A stretch of 64,000 nt of DNA from Kiloniellales bacterium (GCA_028280455.1 JANQLT010000186.1:9559-73558); one strand, 5' to 3'. Positions 1 to 10,803 are shown, counted from the stretch's first letter. Notes: generated by a model from the sequence alone, not told the origin. Made by a program: numbers and translations.

Positions 1-333
1 CTCGAGGTCGCCGGCATGGATTTCGTCAAGACGGCGAGGGCCAAAGGGCTCTCTCCAGGGCGCGTCACCCGAGATCATGTTCTCAGGAACGCGCTGCTTC
101 CCGTCGTCACGCTTGCGGGCATTCAAGCCGGGCACCTGGTGGGCGGCGCCGTTCTGACTGAGACGGTCTTCGCATGGCCGGGCATCGGGCGGCTCATGTT
201 CGAAGCGCTGCTGCAGAGAGACTACAACCTCCTGCTAGGGGTCTTCGTCGTCGCCTCAGCGATGGTCCTCCTTTTCAACATCATAACCGACCTCGCCTAC
301 ACCTTCATCGATCCCCGGATCGAGGCGGGGTGA
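1..333 (+). CDS. Dpp/Opp-type ABC transporter permease (DppB-like), C-terminal part; 5' end lies outside the window
   Basis: The frame is open from nt 1 (LEVAGMDFVKTARAKGLSPGRV...). The ARAKGL motif and ...FIDPRIE tail are typical of DppB/OppB permeases. The partner permease starts 3 nt downstream. Confidence 0.85.
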   Translation, partial: LEVAGMDFVKTARAKGLSPGRVTRDHVLRNALLPVVTLAGIQAGHLVGGAVLTETVFAWPGIGRLMFEALLQRDYNLLLGVFVVASAMVLLFNIITDLAYTFIDPRIEAG

Positions 334-335
334 AG

Positions 336-1190
336 ATGACTGCGTCGTCTCTAGCCGAGTTCACTCGGCGCTTTTCCCGACATGGAGGGGCGGTTCTAGG
401 GGCCGCCATTCTCTTCGCGATCACGATGCTCGCCGTCTTCGGGCCACTGCTCTATCCCGAGAGCCCCTGGCGCATGGTGCAGAAGCCGTTTCTTCCTCCG
501 ATGATGACGGATGGGTTCCTGTTCGGGACGGACACCTTGGGCCGCAACATCGCTGCAGGGCTGGTTCATGGGGCGCGAGTCTCCCTCCTCATAGGCCTCG
601 CCTCGACTGCAGCGGCTCTCGTGGTCGGCGTAACGACCGGTGCGGTCGCCGGCTTCTTTGGCGGAAGAGTCGATGACGTGCTGATGCGCTTCACCGAGCT
701 TTTCCAGACGATTCCGAACTTCGCGCTGGCAATCGTGCTGGTGGCGATCTTGCAGCCGTCAACCGACTCCATTGTGCTCGCGATCGCTATCGTGTCTTGG
801 CCGCCTATCGCCAGGCTGGTGCGTAGCGAGTTCCTTTCCCTCAGATCCCGGGAGTTCGTGCAAGCCTCCATAGTGCAGGGCCAATCGAGCTTTCAGATCA
901 TCTTCACGCAGATCCTCCCCAATGCCTTGCCGCCGGTTATCGTCATGGCTTCGCTCATGGTGGCCACGGCGGTTCTCCTCGAGTCCAGCCTGAGCTTCAT
1001 GGGCCTTGGTGACCCGAACACCATGAGCTGGGGCTACATGATTGGGGCCGGCCGCACGGTCATCCGTCAGGCATGGTGGATCAGCTTCTTCCCCGGTATC
1101 GCGATTCTCCTCACGGTGCTCTCGATCAACCTGGTTGGAGAGGGCCTCAATGATGCCCTGAACCCACGCCTGTCGCGGAGGACCCGGTGA
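336..1190 (+). CDS. Dpp/Opp-type ABC transporter permease (DppC-like)
   Basis: ATG at 336 lies inside ORF 174..1190. The upstream part of that ORF overlaps the previous gene and is Arg/Pro-rich. The sequence is multi-TM with an EAA-like loop ([25 protein letters not shown]). The stop overlaps the GTG of the ATPase gene. Confidence 0.88.
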   Translation: MTASSLAEFTRRFSRHGGAVLGAAILFAITMLAVFGPLLYPESPWRMVQKPFLPPMMTDGFLFGTDTLGRNIAAGLVHGARVSLLIGLASTAAALVVGVTTGAVAGFFGGRVDDVLMRFTELFQTIPNFALAIVLVAILQPSTDSIVLAIAIVSWPPIARLVRSEFLSLRSREFVQASIVQGQSSFQIIFTQILPNALPPVIVMASLMVATAVLLESSLSFMGLGDPNTMSWGYMIGAGRTVIRQAWWISFFPGIAILLTVLSINLVGEGLNDALNPRLSRRTR

Positions 1191-2848
1191 CAGACAGCGG
1201 CTCCACGGTTCTAGACGTTGCCGGTCTTTCCATTGGCCTGCCACCAGGTGCGGAGCGTGCACTCGCTGTCGACGACGTCTCGTTCGAGCTTCGCAAGGGC
1301 GAAATCCTCTGTGTGGTCGGGGAAAGTGGCTCGGGAAAGTCGATGATCGCCAACGCCGTGATGGGGCTGCTCCCCAAGCCCCATGTACGGCCTGTCGCCG
1401 GGGCTGTTCGTTTTCGAGGCCGGGATTTGCTGAAGGAGACCGAGGCTGCTTTACAGGCCATACGCGGCAAAGACATCGGGATGATCTTCCAAGAGCCGAT
1501 GACCGCGCTCAACCCCGTCATGACGATCGAGCGCCAGATAGTCGAGGTCTTCGATGCCCATGCCGTGCTCGACAAATCCGAGCGCAAATCGAAAGTGCTG
1601 GAGCTGTTGTCCGATGTCGGGCTACCAGACCCCGAGCTGTTGAGAAGGTCCTATCCTTTCCGCCTGTCCGGCGGGCAGCGTCAGCGTGTCATGATCGCCA
1701 TGGCGCTTGCCCTCAGACCTGAAGTCCTTATTGCCGACGAGCCGACGACCGCGCTGGACGTGACGACTCAAGCACAGATCCTCAGCTTGATTTGCCGCCT
1801 TCAGTCCGAGCGTGACATGGGCATCATGTTCGTGACCCATGACTTCGGCATCGTTTCCGATATCGCGGATCGCGTAGCAGTCATGCAGTTGGGCAAGCTC
1901 GTGGAGGTGGGCCGGGCGGCCGACGTGCTGAGGAACCCGCAGCACGACTATACCCGCCGCCTGCTTTCTGCCGTGCCCGCGTTCGTGCCCAAGGCTCGAC
2001 CGGCGGCTCACCGTGGCAGGCTGCTGTCGATCGCGCGGCTTGATATGACCTATCGGGGCAAACACGGCCTCTTCACCAAGGGCCGGACGGTCGAGGCCGC
2101 CAAGGAGGTCTCGCTGGACGTTCGGAAGGGTGAGACCTTGGGGCTTGTCGGCGAGAGCGGCTCGGGGAAGTCAACGATCGGACGATGCATCGTGCGCCTG
2201 CTCGAGCCGTCCGGGGGAAGCATTAGGCTGGGAGACATCGACATCAGCCGGATGAGAGGAAAGCAGCTCCATCCGATCAGAAAGCGGGTCCAGATGATCT
2301 TCCAGGACCCTTACGCATCGCTGAATCCACGGCGCAAGGTTGGGAGGATAATCTCGGAAGGCCCAATGGCTCACGGCGTGAGCGAAGCTGAGGCAACGGC
2401 AAGGACAATAGAGCTACTAGAGCTCGTGGGCTTGGGCCGAGCGGCGTTGCATCGATACGCTCACGAGTTCTCCGGAGGGCAACGCCAGAGAATAGGCATC
2501 GCTCGAGCCCTGGCGCTCGATCCCGAGCTCCTCGTCGCCGATGAGCCCTTGTCCGCACTCGATGTGTCGGTCCAAGCGCAGATCCTGGAGCTGCTGGCGA
2601 GTATCAAGGAGCGATTGCACCTCGCCATGCTTTTCATCACCCACGACCTCAGGGTTGCCGCGCAGATCTGTGATCGAATAGCGGTCATGCAGAGGGGCCG
2701 AATTGTTGAACATGGTGATACGGCAGACGTGTTCACCAACCCGACACACCCCTATACAAGAGAGCTGATCGGTGCCGTTTCTGGCCTTGCCTTGCCGTCA
2801 ACCGTAGTTGCAGGCCAAGAGAGCACTCTTGCTGCCGATGCGCTCTAG
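1187..2848 (+). CDS. Fused double ATP-binding subunit of the peptide ABC transporter (DppD-DppF-like)
   Basis: Two complete ABC cassettes: Walker A GESGSGKS twice, signatures LSGGQRQR and FSGGQRQR, Walker [12 protein letters not shown] and [11 protein letters not shown]. Confidence 0.92.
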   Translation: MTDSGSTVLDVAGLSIGLPPGAERALAVDDVSFELRKGEILCVVGESGSGKSMIANAVMGLLPKPHVRPVAGAVRFRGRDLLKETEAALQAIRGKDIGMIFQEPMTALNPVMTIERQIVEVFDAHAVLDKSERKSKVLELLSDVGLPDPELLRRSYPFRLSGGQRQRVMIAMALALRPEVLIADEPTTALDVTTQAQILSLICRLQSERDMGIMFVTHDFGIVSDIADRVAVMQLGKLVEVGRAADVLRNPQHDYTRRLLSAVPAFVPKARPAAHRGRLLSIARLDMTYRGKHGLFTKGRTVEAAKEVSLDVRKGETLGLVGESGSGKSTIGRCIVRLLEPSGGSIRLGDIDISRMRGKQLHPIRKRVQMIFQDPYASLNPRRKVGRIISEGPMAHGVSEAEATARTIELLELVGLGRAALHRYAHEFSGGQRQRIGIARALALDPELLVADEPLSALDVSVQAQILELLASIKERLHLAMLFITHDLRVAAQICDRIAVMQRGRIVEHGDTADVFTNPTHPYTRELIGAVSGLALPSTVVAGQESTLAADAL

Positions 2849-3423
2849 GCAATCCCGTGGAGTTCACGCTGCAGAGGGCGTCGCCGCGAGAGAATGGGTT
2901 CGGCACGCGAACATGGCGGAGCGCAAGGGGGAAACGGTCTATCGGTAAGCGACCGACCGTATCACTGCCGACCGGATCGCTGCCGACCCGGAGAGAGGGC
3001 GTGTGCCCTGAGTGCAGCCCCGGGGGCACACCTGGATCCGAGGCAGACCTAGGCCTACCCAGAAACGCCGGCACGGCAAAGACCTGTTCCGGGATCAACA
3101 TCCAGATTCTCTGGGGCGCGGTCGTTGTAGGGCCTAGTGATCGAGAACACGCCGGTCTTCGTTACGCTCACCAACTTTGCCGGTTACATGGATCAAATTG
3201 GCACATAGGTTGTGGCATGCTTCACCTGCCACAATCATGTTGAGAAGATGAACCACGAAAAGACGTGATAGAAACGTTTGTCTAGAAAGGCGCTCAAGAA
3301 GGGTTGCTCGTCTCTTTGGATTACATAGCAGGATCAAGTTGGAATGCCTCTGACTTCGATGGCCCATCTTGTCTATATCGCACCCATGATGAACTGGGCG
3401 ATAAGTTCATATTTCACAGATAG

Positions 3424-3888
3424 TTAGTCGACGGCGTATGCAAATCCTGACCCCGCGACCACCTTAACCTGCTGAACGGAGGCATAGCTTTTTTCGAGCA
3501 GTGCGTCTTTTTTTGTGGCCAATGTGAGGATGCCGGCGAGATCACCGTAAAGGTCGATATCGAGCTTGCCTTCAGTATTGGGCGTGAGTTCGATCCCGTC
3601 CACAAGCGGGCGGATCCGGTCAGCCACTTCCGCGCGGGCTTCGTTCGCGTTTAAATCTCCGACAAGCGTCGCGACCTGTTGCCGGTAGTTAGTCGCCATA
3701 TTCGGATGGAGCAAGACCGGCTCTTCCTCTTTGCCCTCAAGCAGCGCTTCCAGTTCTGCGCGCCTTGCTCCAATGCCCGAGATCGTTTTCAGTTGAGCCG
3801 AGACAGTGTGCTCGGGCCGAACCTGTCCGCGCGAAATATCGCGACAGACTGTTCGGTTTCTTGCGCACCTCGCGGCAACCCGTGCTGG
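3424..3888 (-). pseudogene. Remnant (C-terminal ~154 codons) of a large serine recombinase; catalytic N-terminal domain absent
   Basis: The minus frame is open from 3888 to the stop at 3424: ...CARNRTVCRDISRGQVRPEHTVSAQL..ARRAELEALLEGKEEEPVLLHPNMATNYRQQVATLVGDLN..IELTPNTEGKLDIDLYGDLAGIL. From memory this resembles the zinc-ribbon/coiled-coil tail of resolvase-type large recombinases. It begins in frame directly after the MocR-like stop codon, and local GC drops. Confidence 0.55.
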
Positions 3889-5358
3889 TCACGTCAGGCT
3901 GTAGGGAAGGAGTGGTGCGCCCTCGAGGATGTCTGACAGCGTTTCCGCGCCGATTGCCAGAGCCTCATGATCCCGGGCCGCGCCGAGACTCATCCGGACC
4001 GCTTGCGGGGTCGGGGACTGGCCGACCGTAAAAGTCTCGGGTGGGGCGAGCAACAGCCCGCGCCGTCGCGCAAGTGCGATGATCTGGTCTGCCCGCCAGG
4101 GTTCGGGTAGGGGCAGCCAAAGATGGTTGCAGGCCGGTGTCTCGGCATCGATCAGTCCCGGCAAGCGGTCCGCCACGATGGCGCGCCGGGCGAGGGCTTC
4201 CGCGCGCTGCCACGCGATGAGATCGGCGACCGTGCCGTCGGCGATCCAGCGGGACGCAATTTCGGCCATGATCTGGGGGGCCATGGTCGTTGTCGCGAAG
4301 ACGGCACTGGCCACCTGCGGTGCGAAGTCACTTGGAGGCACGACATAGGCGATCCTGATGCCCGCGGCGACCACCTTGCTCAGCGCAGAGACGTAGAAGG
4401 TTCGTACGCCCCGATCCACGAGTAGGTTGCGCAGCGACACCGGCGGATCGGGCAGCAAGGGGTCGTAGGCCGCGTTCTCCAAGACGGTCAAATGGTAACG
4501 CGCGGCGATGTCAGCGATCTGCGCTCGCCGCTCTTCCGACATGACCGCACCGGTAGGGTTCTGAAGGCTCGGCATGCAATAGAGCCCCGTCGGCCCCTGC
4601 TCCCGGCAGGCGCGCTCGAGCGCCTCGGGGAGTAAGCCTTCTCGATCCATGGCAACCCCTGCGATGCGCAGCCGGAACAAGCTGGCGAGCGCGCGGAAAC
4701 TCGGATTGGTCAAGGCTTCAGTAAGTAATATGTCGCCGGGACGAAACGCCGATGCGCAGGCGATCATGACCGCGTGCTGAATGCCGCTGGCCAGAACGAC
4801 GGCATCGGGCGGCACCGAGACGCCTAGTTCTTCAAGCCACTGCACTGCCGCCTCGCGGTGCCGCAGCTGACCTGCGCTCGGCTGATACGAGAGCAGGTTT
4901 CGGCGCGTCCCGATTGCGCGCTCACCCGAGAGCGTCTGCAGTGCGGCGTCGAGCGCCGCGGCGTGCTTAGGAGACACGGCCGGCTGGTTGATGGACAGAT
5001 CGATTTCGCCACTCGGTTCCGGCTCCGGGATGGCTTCCATCGATGGTCGATAGGGCGCCCTGCGCACGAAGGTCCCGCGGCCCTGCTCACCCGAGGTCAG
5101 GCCGATCCTCGAGAGCTCCGCATAGGCTCGGCTGACGGTGGCAATGGCGACTCCTAAGCGATCAGCCAGGATCCGATGAGGCGGCAAGCGGTCGCCGGGC
5201 TTATAGCGTCCCGAGCGAATGTCCTCGGCAAGCTGGCGGGCGATGTGACGGTACGCCGGACCGGATGAAACGCCAGACAGCGTCCAAGGCTTGTCCCTGG
5301 ACAAGGCGTCCATAGGGTCGCCGTCCGGTGGGACGTCTGAGGACTGGGCCTGTGTCAT
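3889..5358 (-). CDS. MocR/GabR-type regulator (GntR winged-helix fused to a class-I aminotransferase-like PLP domain)
   Basis: N-terminal HTH YRHIARQLAEDIRSGRYKPGDRLPPHRILADRLGVAIATVSRAYAEL. The C-terminal aminotransferase fold has SLQNPTG and the PLP-Lys context YVSALSKVV. 489 aa. Confidence 0.9.
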   Translation of the reverse strand: MTQAQSSDVPPDGDPMDALSRDKPWTLSGVSSGPAYRHIARQLAEDIRSGRYKPGDRLPPHRILADRLGVAIATVSRAYAELSRIGLTSGEQGRGTFVRRAPYRPSMEAIPEPEPSGEIDLSINQPAVSPKHAAALDAALQTLSGERAIGTRRNLLSYQPSAGQLRHREAAVQWLEELGVSVPPDAVVLASGIQHAVMIACASAFRPGDILLTEALTNPSFRALASLFRLRIAGVAMDREGLLPEALERACREQGPTGLYCMPSLQNPTGAVMSEERRAQIADIAARYHLTVLENAAYDPLLPDPPVSLRNLLVDRGVRTFYVSALSKVVAAGIRIAYVVPPSDFAPQVASAVFATTTMAPQIMAEIASRWIADGTVADLIAWQRAEALARRAIVADRLPGLIDAETPACNHLWLPLPEPWRADQIIALARRRGLLLAPPETFTVGQSPTPQAVRMSLGAARDHEALAIGAETLSDILEGAPLLPYSLT

Positions 5359-5378
5359 GTGCGCAGCTTATCGGCTTT

Positions 5379-5466
5379 ATGTCCTTAGGACAATATAGCG
5401 TTTGATCCATAAATTGTCGTGTATAATCTATGACAATATAAGACAGATTGAGAATTGTCCTAAGAA
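5379..5466. promoter_or_regulatory. AT-rich divergent promoter with repeated GACAATAT / AATTGTC motifs (candidate MocR operator array)
   Basis: TGTCCTTAGGACAATAT, AAATTGTCG, TGACAATATAAG and GAATTGTCCTAAG occur within ~90 bp between the divergent mocR-like and potA-like starts. Confidence 0.35.
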
Positions 5467-5502
5467 GGGTGGCCTTCGCTCCGGAAAGGCGGCGCACCAG
5501 TC

Positions 5503-6687
5503 ATGGCACAAGCGGACCAAGATGCGACGCGAGGGCGGGCACCTCACGACCGGCGAATCCCGGTCGGCGTCCGGCTTGACGGTATCAGCAAGCGGTTCCG
5601 CTCCGTCACGGCGCTCTACCCGACAACGCTTGCCGTGACCCCAGGCACCATGACGGCCCTTCTCGGACCCTCCGGCTGCGGCAAGACGACCACGCTGAGG
5701 ATCGTCGCGGGCCTTGAGGCGCCGGACTCCGGATCCGTGTTTCTAGCCGAGCGCGAGGTCACGCGGGTGCCGCCGGACCGGCGCGGCCTCGGCATGGTGT
5801 TCCAGAGCTACAGTCTGTTCCCTCATATGACGGTGGGCGAGAACATCGCCTTCGGCCTGAAGATGGCAGGCGTTTCGAGCGCCGAGACCGCCGCGCGGGT
5901 GCGCGCCATGCTGAACCTCGTGCGCCTGCCGGACATCGAGGACCGCTATCCACGTCAGCTTTCCGGGGGACAGCAACAGCGCGTAGCGCTGGCCCGGGCC
6001 CTTGTCACCAATCCGTCCGTTCTGCTGCTCGACGAGCCGCTGGCCGCGCTCGACCGGAACTTGCGCGAGAACATGCAGTTCGAGCTGCGTCAAATCCAGA
6101 CCAGCCTCGACATCACGACCATCATCGTCACCCACGACCAGGAAGAGGCGCTGACCATGAGCGACGAGGTCGTGGTGATGGATCACGGCAGGGTGATTCA
6201 AGTCGGTACGCCGGCCGAGGTCTACGAGCGGCCGCGCACGCGCTTCATCGCCGAGTTCCTGGGCACGGCCAATCTGTTCGAGGGACAGGTTGCGGGTGAC
6301 CGCGTCATCTATCACGGACCGGGCAGTCTCGAGCCGCAGACCATCGCGACCGCTCTCAACGGCGCGGCCGGCGCGCGCTCGGCGCTGGTCGCCGTGCGTC
6401 CCGAGAAGCTGTGGCTCGAAGTGAGCGCCGATGGGCCAGCCGACGACAGTGCGGCCGCGCTCGAGGGTGTTGTCACCGGACATGTATTCCGCGGCGCCAG
6501 TCACGCCTATCAAGTGCGGGTCGAGGGGCGCGACGCACCGGTACTGGTCTACCGTCAAACCCGGGACATTCACGGCAGCGGCCCGGATCCCGGGGCCCAG
6601 GTGCGTCTGTGCTGGCGGCCAAAGAACGCCGTCGTCCTGGCCTCCGAAACGCCGGATCCCTCGCATTTGGAAAACAGGAATGACTGA
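5503..6687 (+). CDS. ABC transporter ATPase, PotA/spermidine-putrescine type
   Basis: Walker A GPSGCGKTT, signature LSGGQQQRVALARAL, Walker B LLLDEPLAALD, and a C-terminal TOBE-like extension. Confidence 0.9.
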   Translation: MAQADQDATRGRAPHDRRIPVGVRLDGISKRFRSVTALYPTTLAVTPGTMTALLGPSGCGKTTTLRIVAGLEAPDSGSVFLAEREVTRVPPDRRGLGMVFQSYSLFPHMTVGENIAFGLKMAGVSSAETAARVRAMLNLVRLPDIEDRYPRQLSGGQQQRVALARALVTNPSVLLLDEPLAALDRNLRENMQFELRQIQTSLDITTIIVTHDQEEALTMSDEVVVMDHGRVIQVGTPAEVYERPRTRFIAEFLGTANLFEGQVAGDRVIYHGPGSLEPQTIATALNGAAGARSALVAVRPEKLWLEVSADGPADDSAAALEGVVTGHVFRGASHAYQVRVEGRDAPVLVYRQTRDIHGSGPDPGAQVRLCWRPKNAVVLASETPDPSHLENRND

Positions 6688-8800
6688 GACAACCTCTCAT
6701 CGCTACCGGGTAGGAGTCGATGTCGGCGGCACCTTCACCGACTTCGTGCTGTCGGAAAGGGCAACGGGGCGGCTCGCCTATCACAAGGAACCGAGCGTGC
6801 CTGCCGATCCCTCACGCGCCGTGACGCGCGGTATGCAGGCTCTGCTTGCCCGCGAAGACTGCGATCCGGGCTCCATCGAGCTTGTCGTGCACGGCACGAC
6901 GCTCGCGCTCAATACCACGATCCAACGCCGTGGCGCGCCGGCGTCGCTCGTCGTGTCGCGCGGCAATCGCGACGTGCTCGAGATCGCGCGATGCCGAATG
7001 CCGAACTCCTACGATTTTCGCGCCGGCAAGGAGGAGCCGCTTGTGCCGCGTGCCCGTGTCTTCGAGATCGGCGCACGGATCGCCGCCGATGGCACCGTCC
7101 TTGAGACCCCCGACGAGGTCGAGCTGGCGGCGCTCGCCGAGCGGGTACACGCGGCCGGGGTCGAGGCCGTGGCCGTCATGCTCCTGAATGCGCCGGCCAA
7201 CCCGGCGTTCGAGCAGGACATCACCGATAGACTGGCCGCCCGGCTGCCGGAGCTGGCGGTGAGCAGCTCGACCGCGATCTGGCCGGAGATCCGGGAATAC
7301 GAACGCGCCGTGGCCACGACGCTGAACGCCTCGATTCACCCCTTGATGAGCGATTATCTCGGCCAGCTCAGAAGCCGGCTGACCGAGGACGGCATTGAGG
7401 CGCCGATTTACATCACCGCCTCGAATGGCGGAACGCTCAGCCTCGCAACCGCGCGCGGGCGACCCATTGAAACCATGCTGAGCGGTCCTGCCGCCGGCGT
7501 CGCGGCGGCAACGCGGGTTGCCCGTGAGGTTGCCGCGAGAGGGCTGTGCGATTTTGCCGGCGTGATCAGCTTCGACATGGGCGGCACGAGCAGCGACATC
7601 GCTCTCTCGCTTGGAGGCGAGCCCAGCTATACCAACCGCACCCATGTCGGTGACTTCCCGCTGATGATGCCGGTCGTGGGGGTTTCGGCCATCGGCGCCG
7701 GTGGCGGGTCGATCGTATGGATCGATGCCCAAGGGGTGCTGAAAGTCGGTCCGCAAAGCGCGGGCGCCGACCCGGGCCCCGTTTGCTATGGCCGCGGCGG
7801 CACGGAACCGACCGTCACGGACTGCTACGTCTGTCTTGGTGCCCTGGATCCGGATCAGTTCCTTGGCGGCGCACAGAAGCTCGAGCGTGATGCCGCCACG
7901 GCGGCGCTAACAGAGGTTGGAAGGCGCCTCGGCTTTGAGGGGGCAGATGTCGCCGCGCGTGGTGCGGAAGCCGCGCTCGCCGTGGCCAGCGCCAACATGG
8001 CCAGCGAGATGCTGAAGGCGCTGGCGCAAAACGGAGTCGACCCTGGGCAGCTTGCCCTGATGCCGTTCGGTGGCGCGGGTCCGACCCACGCGCTGCTGCT
8101 TGCCGAAGAGATCGGTATCACAAGCCTCGTCATCCCACCCGCGGCGGGGACGTTCTGCGCACTCGGCGCTCTCATCGCCGACGTTAAGCGGGATTTCGTG
8201 CGCTCACTGCGGCGCGTCGTCGGCAAGGGCGGCGAGGAGGTCGTCTGGCAAGCTTTTTCAGTGCTCGAGACCGAGGCGCTGGAATGGGTGGCCTCTGAAG
8301 GCGACATCCTGGATAGCTACAGCCTGCAACACGGCGCCGATATGCGCTATGCGGGCCAGGGATTTGATCTGCCGGTCAAGCTGCCCCCTCAGGCAGCCTC
8401 GGCCAAGGACACCGATGCGCTGATCGAGCTCTTCCATCAAGAGCATGAAAAGCACTACGGCTTTCGCGACCTGGAAAGCGCCATTGAGGTCACGACGCTG
8501 CGCGTGCGCGCGATCGGACAGGTGCCTCCCATCGAATTGCCAAGCATCGCACCAACGAGCCAAGAGCCGACACCCACGAGCTCGAGACCGGTATGGCATC
8601 AAGGTGCATGGCGAAGCGCTCCGGTTTATCGCCGCGATCATTTGGCACAAGGCCACAAAATCTCCGGTCCCGCGATCATCGAGCAGCCGGACACCACCGT
8701 TTGGATCCTGCAGGGCTGGGACGTCGCCATCGACGCCAAGGGCAATCTGCTCGTGGTGAAGCCAAACCCGAATGACGCAGATGAGGCGCCCCGGTCATGA
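6680..8800 (+). CDS. hyuA: Hydantoinase/oxoprolinase family subunit A (HyuA/OplA-like, ATP-dependent)
   Basis: ATG at 6680 (MTETTSHRYRVGVDVGGTFTDF) overlaps the potA-like stop. ~706 aa with an ASKHA-type N-terminus. The upstream part of ORF 6431.. is out-of-context overlap. Confidence 0.9.
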   Translation: MTETTSHRYRVGVDVGGTFTDFVLSERATGRLAYHKEPSVPADPSRAVTRGMQALLAREDCDPGSIELVVHGTTLALNTTIQRRGAPASLVVSRGNRDVLEIARCRMPNSYDFRAGKEEPLVPRARVFEIGARIAADGTVLETPDEVELAALAERVHAAGVEAVAVMLLNAPANPAFEQDITDRLAARLPELAVSSSTAIWPEIREYERAVATTLNASIHPLMSDYLGQLRSRLTEDGIEAPIYITASNGGTLSLATARGRPIETMLSGPAAGVAAATRVAREVAARGLCDFAGVISFDMGGTSSDIALSLGGEPSYTNRTHVGDFPLMMPVVGVSAIGAGGGSIVWIDAQGVLKVGPQSAGADPGPVCYGRGGTEPTVTDCYVCLGALDPDQFLGGAQKLERDAATAALTEVGRRLGFEGADVAARGAEAALAVASANMASEMLKALAQNGVDPGQLALMPFGGAGPTHALLLAEEIGITSLVIPPAAGTFCALGALIADVKRDFVRSLRRVVGKGGEEVVWQAFSVLETEALEWVASEGDILDSYSLQHGADMRYAGQGFDLPVKLPPQAASAKDTDALIELFHQEHEKHYGFRDLESAIEVTTLRVRAIGQVPPIELPSIAPTSQEPTPTSSRPVWHQGAWRSAPVYRRDHLAQGHKISGPAIIEQPDTTVWILQGWDVAIDAKGNLLVVKPNPNDADEAPRS

Positions 8801-10803
8801 AACTCGATCCTGTCCTGCTCGAGATCTTGAACAACAAGGTGACGGCTGTCAGCGAGGAGATGGGCCATGCCCTGCAGCGCACCGGCCGCACGCTCTACGT
8901 CAAGGAGACGGCTGATTTCGGGACCGCGCTGAGCGATCTCGACGGCCATTTCTTCGCCTATCCGCGCGCGATCGGCGTATCCGGTTTTATCGATCTTGAT
9001 TGCGGCCCGACCATCCGGGCCGTCGAGACGATCGAGCCCGGCGACGTCCTGATCACAAACCACCCCTACGCATCCGAAGGCTTGGCGACGCACGGCCCCG
9101 ACGCACACCTCCTGAAGCCGTATTTCCACAAAGACGAAATCGTCTGCTTCGGCTGGACCTTCGTTCATCTCTCCGACATCGGCGGACGAGTCCCGAGCAG
9201 TATCTCGCCGACGAGCCACGAGCTCTATCAGGAAGGCTTCTTCATCCCGCCGATGAAGCTCTTGAAGGGCGGCAAGTGGAACGAAGATCTCCTGACTTTA
9301 CTACGTACCAATTGCCGTACACCTCATGAGAACATGGGTGACCTGAAAGCGATGCTGGCCGCGCTCAATGTCGGTGAGCGCCGGGTCGCCGCGATCATCG
9401 AACGCCATGGTATCGAGGCTTTCCGCGCGGCGCGCGGAGACCTGATCGACTATGCGGCGGCGAAGGCGCGGGACGTGCTGCGCCGCATCCCCGACGGCCG
9501 CTACCACTTCGTCGATTACTTGGATGACGATCTGGTGAGCCCTTACCCGGTGCGCCTGGAAGTGACGCTCACTGCCGCGGATGGCGAGATCACCCTCGAT
9601 TTCTCCGGTACGGATCCACAGGTCGAGGCCGCCTTCAACGTCCCAACCTTGGGTAAGCGTCACGCCTGGCTCACGGTTCGGCTCATCGCCTTCATCATGA
9701 CGATGGATCCGACGACGCCGATGAATTCGGGCATGTTTGCACCCGTCACGGTCCGCGTGCCACGCGGCACGATTCTGAATCCAGAGCCGCCGGCGGCGGT
9801 CGGCGTACGGCACGCGACCGCGGTTCGCGTCAACGACCTGATCAATGGCGTTCTGGGCCAAGCGCTGCCGGAGGTCATGCCGGCGGCGAACGGCGGGGCC
9901 ATGGTGCCGATTGTGTTTGCCGAGGACGACCACGTGGCAGGAGAGACGCGAGTCGCCGTGGTCCAGCCCATGGTCGGTGGGACCGGCGCTCGCCAGGGGT
10001 GCGATGGGGTTGACGGCCGCGATTCCAGCATTTCGAACCTGGCCAACAATCCGATCGAAACGATCGAGCACAGTATCGGCGTGCGAATTCTCGACTACGG
10101 CGTCAGGCCCGATTCGGGCGGTCCCGGCCAGTGGCGCGGCGGTGTGGGGGTGCGGCTTGTCTTCGAGATCCTGGCGGAAAGCGGCCAGATCCTGGGGCGC
10201 GGCATGGAGCGGTTCCGCTTTCGCCCCTGGGGCACCCAAGGCGGGCGCCATGGCGCGCCCATGCGTGTGATCCTCAATGAAGGCTGCGACCGGGAACAGG
10301 AGCTTGGCCGCCTAGACGTGCTGCCAGTCCAGGCCGGCGATGTTCTGACCGTTCTGATGCCGGGCGGTGGTGGATACGGCGACCCTCTGCGCCGCGATCC
10401 GGAAGCCGTTCTGCGGGACGTGCGGGACGGCTTTGTGTCGCCCGCGTCTGCTGCCGCGGACTATGGCGTGGTTCTCACGTCCGGAGGCCTCGATCTTGGG
10501 GCCACCGAGGCGCGGCGGCGCGCGCCGACCACGCAGGCCAAGGGCAATGGCGCCAGCCTCGATACCGGCCCGGCGCGTGCGGCCTGGGAGGCGGCTCTAC
10601 CGGGGCAGCTCGTGCCGGACGTGAACGCGGCCTTGCTGCGCACGCCGCAAGCGGCGCGCCAGCGTCGGCGACGCGAATTCTATCGCACGGTCCTTCCCGG
10701 GCTGGACGGTAGTGGGGAGGCCTGGAACCGGGCGCTCCATGACCCGGACCTCGTGAGAAGCCGGGCCGAGGAAGCGTTGCAAGCGCTACTGGCAAGACGA
10801 TGA
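8797..10803 (+). CDS. hyuB: Hydantoinase/oxoprolinase family subunit B (HyuB/OplB-like) with a ~100-aa Arg/Ala-rich C-terminal extension
   Basis: ATGA overlap with hyuA. The N-terminus MKLDPVLLEILNNKVTAVSEEMG is typical of HyuB. 668 aa. Confidence 0.9.
   Translation: MKLDPVLLEILNNKVTAVSEEMGHALQRTGRTLYVKETADFGTALSDLDGHFFAYPRAIGVSGFIDLDCGPTIRAVETIEPGDVLITNHPYASEGLATHGPDAHLLKPYFHKDEIVCFGWTFVHLSDIGGRVPSSISPTSHELYQEGFFIPPMKLLKGGKWNEDLLTLLRTNCRTPHENMGDLKAMLAALNVGERRVAAIIERHGIEAFRAARGDLIDYAAAKARDVLRRIPDGRYHFVDYLDDDLVSPYPVRLEVTLTAADGEITLDFSGTDPQVEAAFNVPTLGKRHAWLTVRLIAFIMTMDPTTPMNSGMFAPVTVRVPRGTILNPEPPAAVGVRHATAVRVNDLINGVLGQALPEVMPAANGGAMVPIVFAEDDHVAGETRVAVVQPMVGGTGARQGCDGVDGRDSSISNLANNPIETIEHSIGVRILDYGVRPDSGGPGQWRGGVGVRLVFEILAESGQILGRGMERFRFRPWGTQGGRHGAPMRVILNEGCDREQELGRLDVLPVQAGDVLTVLMPGGGGYGDPLRRDPEAVLRDVRDGFVSPASAAADYGVVLTSGGLDLGATEARRRAPTTQAKGNGASLDTGPARAAWEAALPGQLVPDVNAALLRTPQAARQRRRREFYRTVLPGLDGSGEAWNRALHDPDLVRSRAEEALQALLARR

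Noticed and set aside
2857-3367. ORFs 2857..3243 (+) and 3134..3367 (-) in the gap after the peptide ABC operon
   Set aside because: They have no recognisable motifs, no RBS, odd composition, and cross a sharp GC transition. They are treated as non-coding or degraded DNA. A GTGTGCCC...GGGCACAC hairpin near 3000..3030 is more likely a terminator.
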